Shown one piece after another: positions 61,827 to 64,000 of a stretch of 64,000 nucleotides of DNA. The stretch comes from Candidatus Micrarchaeota archaeon (GTDB taxonomy: Archaea > Micrarchaeota > Micrarchaeia > Micrarchaeales > CABMGC01), in the NCBI GenBank assembly GCA_021811535.1, contig JAJZOF010000020.1:10572-74571 (forward strand). The letters run 5' to 3'. Positions within the stretch are counted from its first letter, which is position 1. Every line of letters starts with the position of its first letter. Below the pieces are notes generated by a model. The model saw nothing but the letters and a program-made list of their open reading frames with translations. It had not been told where the DNA came from and did no database searches. Made by a program: the position numbers and the translations under genes.

Positions 61827-62698
61827 TGGGAATAATACTAAACAAGGATACTAAGGTCCTAGTGCAGGGCATAACTGGCAGGGCTGGTAGTAGGCATGCA
61901 ATATCTATGCTTGAGTATGGTACGCGGGTAGTAGGTGGGGTCAGGCCTGGAGCTGGCGGCGGAAGTGTCCATGGAGTACCTGTATTCGATACGGTATCCG
62001 AAGCTGTCAAGGCTACTGGCGCAAACTCTTCTGTTCTTTTCGTCCCACCTGCTGCGGCGCTTGAGGCAGCTCTAGAGGCCATTGATGCCGGGATAAAGCT
62101 TGTTGTAGCCCCTCCGGAAAATATACAATTGCACAGCGAGGTACGGATGGTCGCTGCAGCGAGAGGGGCAGGGGCTATTCTTATAGGACCAAATACTGCA
62201 GGGATAATAGACCCTGCGTTGAAGGTTAAGATAGGCTTTGTGCCTGAAGCTGTTTTTTCCCCAGGAAAGATAGGGATAGCTTCCAGGAGCGGCACTTTGA
62301 TGTATGAGATGGCTTCGAGGATATCTGAGGTAGGGCTTGGAGAATCCACATGTGTTGGAGTGGGAGGAGACCCAGTCCAGGGTCTAAGGTTCTCTGATGT
62401 ATGTAAGCTCTTTGAGAAAGACAGGGAGACTAAAACAATATTGCTCATAGGCGAGATAGGCGGGTCGCAGGAAGAAGAAGTCGCATCGATGGTATTGGAC
62501 GGATCGATAAAAAAGCCGGTTGTGGCTTATATGGCAGGTAGGTATGCACCCAGAGGCAGGAAAATGGGTCATGCTGGCGCAATAGTATCTGGAATCGGTG
62601 GAAGTATAGGGGAGAAGGTCGCGGCATTCAGGGAGGCGGGAATATCAGTTGGATCCACGCCTGGAGAGACTGTGAGGCTTATAGAAGAGGGAATGTGA
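61823..62698 (+). CDS. sucD: Succinyl-CoA-synthetase-like CoA ligase, alpha subunit
   Basis: KVLVQGITGRAGSRH, SRSGTLMYE, STCVGVGGDP and the phosphohistidine loop MGHAGAIV are present. There is an ATGA overlap with sucC. Confidence 0.9.
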   Translation: MMGIILNKDTKVLVQGITGRAGSRHAISMLEYGTRVVGGVRPGAGGGSVHGVPVFDTVSEAVKATGANSSVLFVPPAAALEAALEAIDAGIKLVVAPPENIQLHSEVRMVAAARGAGAILIGPNTAGIIDPALKVKIGFVPEAVFSPGKIGIASRSGTLMYEMASRISEVGLGESTCVGVGGDPVQGLRFSDVCKLFEKDRETKTILLIGEIGGSQEEEVASMVLDGSIKKPVVAYMAGRYAPRGRKMGHAGAIVSGIGGSIGEKVAAFREAGISVGSTPGETVRLIEEGM

Positions 62699-62702
62699 TT
62701 TG

Positions 62703-64000
62703 ATGGCTTACGAGATAGAGAGAAGATACCCAGCGCAGAGAAAGAAGTTTGATAGTATCCTTGACACTCTCGCTGAAGGAGTTTTCAGGGGGCGAGTGCC
62801 GCTCCACAGGGTTCCGCAGGAGATTGAGAAGAGGTTTGAGCAGGGCAAGGTAAGGGCATATACTTCTGCGTTCACGGAGAAAGAAATTGCCTCTTTTTAT
62901 CAGTACTTTGCAGGAGAGGTGCTTAGAAGGGGCGTGGAGAAGCATATGGAAGCATCCGGAAACGGTGTAAGGCTTGAATACCTGAGGGATTCTGCCCACT
63001 GGGATCTTGCCTCAGAGTCAGGGAAACCGGAATATGTACAGTATATAGGCGGGGACAGGGTAACAATTGCAGGGCCGGTAAGCATCGAGGTCGAGGTAAA
63101 TGAAAACGGGCGCAAGGTGTCCGGCTTCGGCGCTTCTGAATTTATACCGATGTGCAATTTCAGGGGCGGAGTTACTGAGGGAGTGAGCTTTGGAATAAGG
63201 ATGATTAAAAAGCTTGTGGATTATGGTTCAAGCGGAACAGTGAAGATCTATGCGGAAAGGGATTCTGTAGCGACCAGATCGCCGACTTTCAGGTTCGAAA
63301 ATTTTGAGGATGCGGATGCAGCGCGGAGAGCGATAACATCAGCGGAATTCCTATCGGACATATACGATGCTGCTAACAGGATCCTCTCGCAGAAAGGCGG
63401 GGTGCTTGGTGATATGACATGCTCTTATGCGAAGAATGGAGAAGGACATGAACTCTCGGTGAATTTCATATACAGGATGGGCGGGGATTTTTACGGGCAC
63501 GAGATAGCCACGTATGCTACTGGCATACTCTTGAGGAACTTCCTTACTGCGAGACTTGATGCGAAAAAGATTCCTTATAGGAGCCTCTGGCTTGCCGGAG
63601 GAGAGGATGGGGACATGGCAGTCTCTGATAAGAGCATCCGCGGCAGGAAGGTGAAGGCTGCGGTCTTCCTTCCAGAATCATACATATTGCACGAAGTCTC
63701 CGGAAAAGGAGGATATGGAGGGGCTGAAGACATGCACATCATGAGCTACTCTAAGAACCATCTCTGGAGGGAAAGATTAGGGGCTGGGGCACATATGTGC
63801 GGAATGGAGCCTGAGATAATAGCCGGGGTGATGGCGGCAGTCGCAGGCTCTCCGCCCGTATTATCTTCATCATGCGTTACCGATGCCGAGCCTTATAAGA
63901 TGAAAGGCACGGAAGGCATAATGTACTCTGTGACGCTTACCAATTTCGAATGGGGGAGTGAAGGGCTGGACTCTCCGACAAGAAAGGAATGCGAAGCGAT
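62703..64000 (+). CDS. HMG-CoA-reductase-fold protein with substituted catalytic motifs (5' part; runs off the window)
   Basis: Not in the ORF track because it is open at the window edge. My manual translation from ATG at 62703 is stop-free to 64000. It begins MAYEIERRYPAQRKKFDSILDTLAEG. Later segments include YIGGDRVTIAGPVSIEV, EFIPMCNFRGGVTEGVSFGIRMI, RMGGDFYGHEIATYATG, VSDKSIRGRKVKAAVFLPE, IIAGVMAAVAGSPPV and IMYSVTLTNFEWGSEGLDSPTRKECEA. Confidence 0.6.
   Translation, partial: MAYEIERRYPAQRKKFDSILDTLAEGVFRGRVPLHRVPQEIEKRFEQGKVRAYTSAFTEKEIASFYQYFAGEVLRRGVEKHMEASGNGVRLEYLRDSAHWDLASESGKPEYVQYIGGDRVTIAGPVSIEVEVNENGRKVSGFGASEFIPMCNFRGGVTEGVSFGIRMIKKLVDYGSSGTVKIYAERDSVATRSPTFRFENFEDADAARRAITSAEFLSDIYDAANRILSQKGGVLGDMTCSYAKNGEGHELSVNFIYRMGGDFYGHEIATYATGILLRNFLTARLDAKKIPYRSLWLAGGEDGDMAVSDKSIRGRKVKAAVFLPESYILHEVSGKGGYGGAEDMHIMSYSKNHLWRERLGAGAHMCGMEPEIIAGVMAAVAGSPPVLSSSCVTDAEPYKMKGTEGIMYSVTLTNFEWGSEGLDSPTRKECEA

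Noticed and set aside
61738-62448. A 236-aa minus-strand ORF.
   Set aside because: It is antisense to the strongly conserved sucD gene and has no motifs.
1-64000. CRISPR arrays, rRNA genes, IS elements, toxin-antitoxin pairs, restriction-modification genes and other known defence genes.
   Set aside because: I found no regularly spaced direct repeats, rRNA-like sequence, transposase or integrase motifs, or recognisable defence-system proteins while reading both strands.

Overview
The window is a gene-dense archaeal chromosome segment with about 70 coding genes on both strands and mostly short or overlapping junctions. I found no rRNA, CRISPR array, transposase or integrase. Archaeal identity rests on many hallmark genes: thermosome, CDC48/VCP, RadA, aIF2-gamma, prefoldin beta, and RNase P proteins Pop5 and Rpp30. 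It also rests on ribosomal proteins S6e, L14e, L34e and L40e, diphthine synthase, AglB/STT3, tRNA-splicing endonuclease, isopentenyl phosphate kinase, mevalonate kinase and geranylgeranyl reductase. The unusually long three-unit EndA and the surface-protein content suggest a DPANN/ARMAN-like (Micrarchaeota-type) or related acidophile genome, but that assignment is inference only. I hand-called five features missing from the ORF track. These are an edge-truncated Lhr-like helicase (1..1050, -), an edge-truncated HMG-CoA-reductase-fold gene (62703..64000, +), a 37-aa L40e gene (19316..19429, -), tRNA-Pro(UGG) and tRNA-Glu(UUC). Six observations deserve a second look. (1) Three class-III-signal-peptide pilin-like proteins carry a LamG-type domain, have conserved ends and a swapped middle, and lie in the same window as a prepilin-peptidase-like gene. 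(2) A SucC/SucD pair is tightly coupled to an HMGR-fold protein whose remembered catalytic motifs are substituted, next to mevalonate kinase. (3) A mer-like cluster sits beside tRNA-Glu, and the MerA Rossmann motif lies upstream of any canonical start codon (ATA where ATG is expected). (4) A histone-fold protein rich in Ala, Glu and Arg has an arginine-rich tail and an acidic L2 loop. (5) A three-unit EndA and an AglB with a long N-terminal extension are present. (6) Several small regulatory-looking palindromes and a duplicated 20-nt promoter-like element precede tiny hydrophobic ORFs. All calls come from reading the sequence and from remembered family motifs. No searches, alignments or statistics were run, so product names are family-level hypotheses and many start codons are uncertain.
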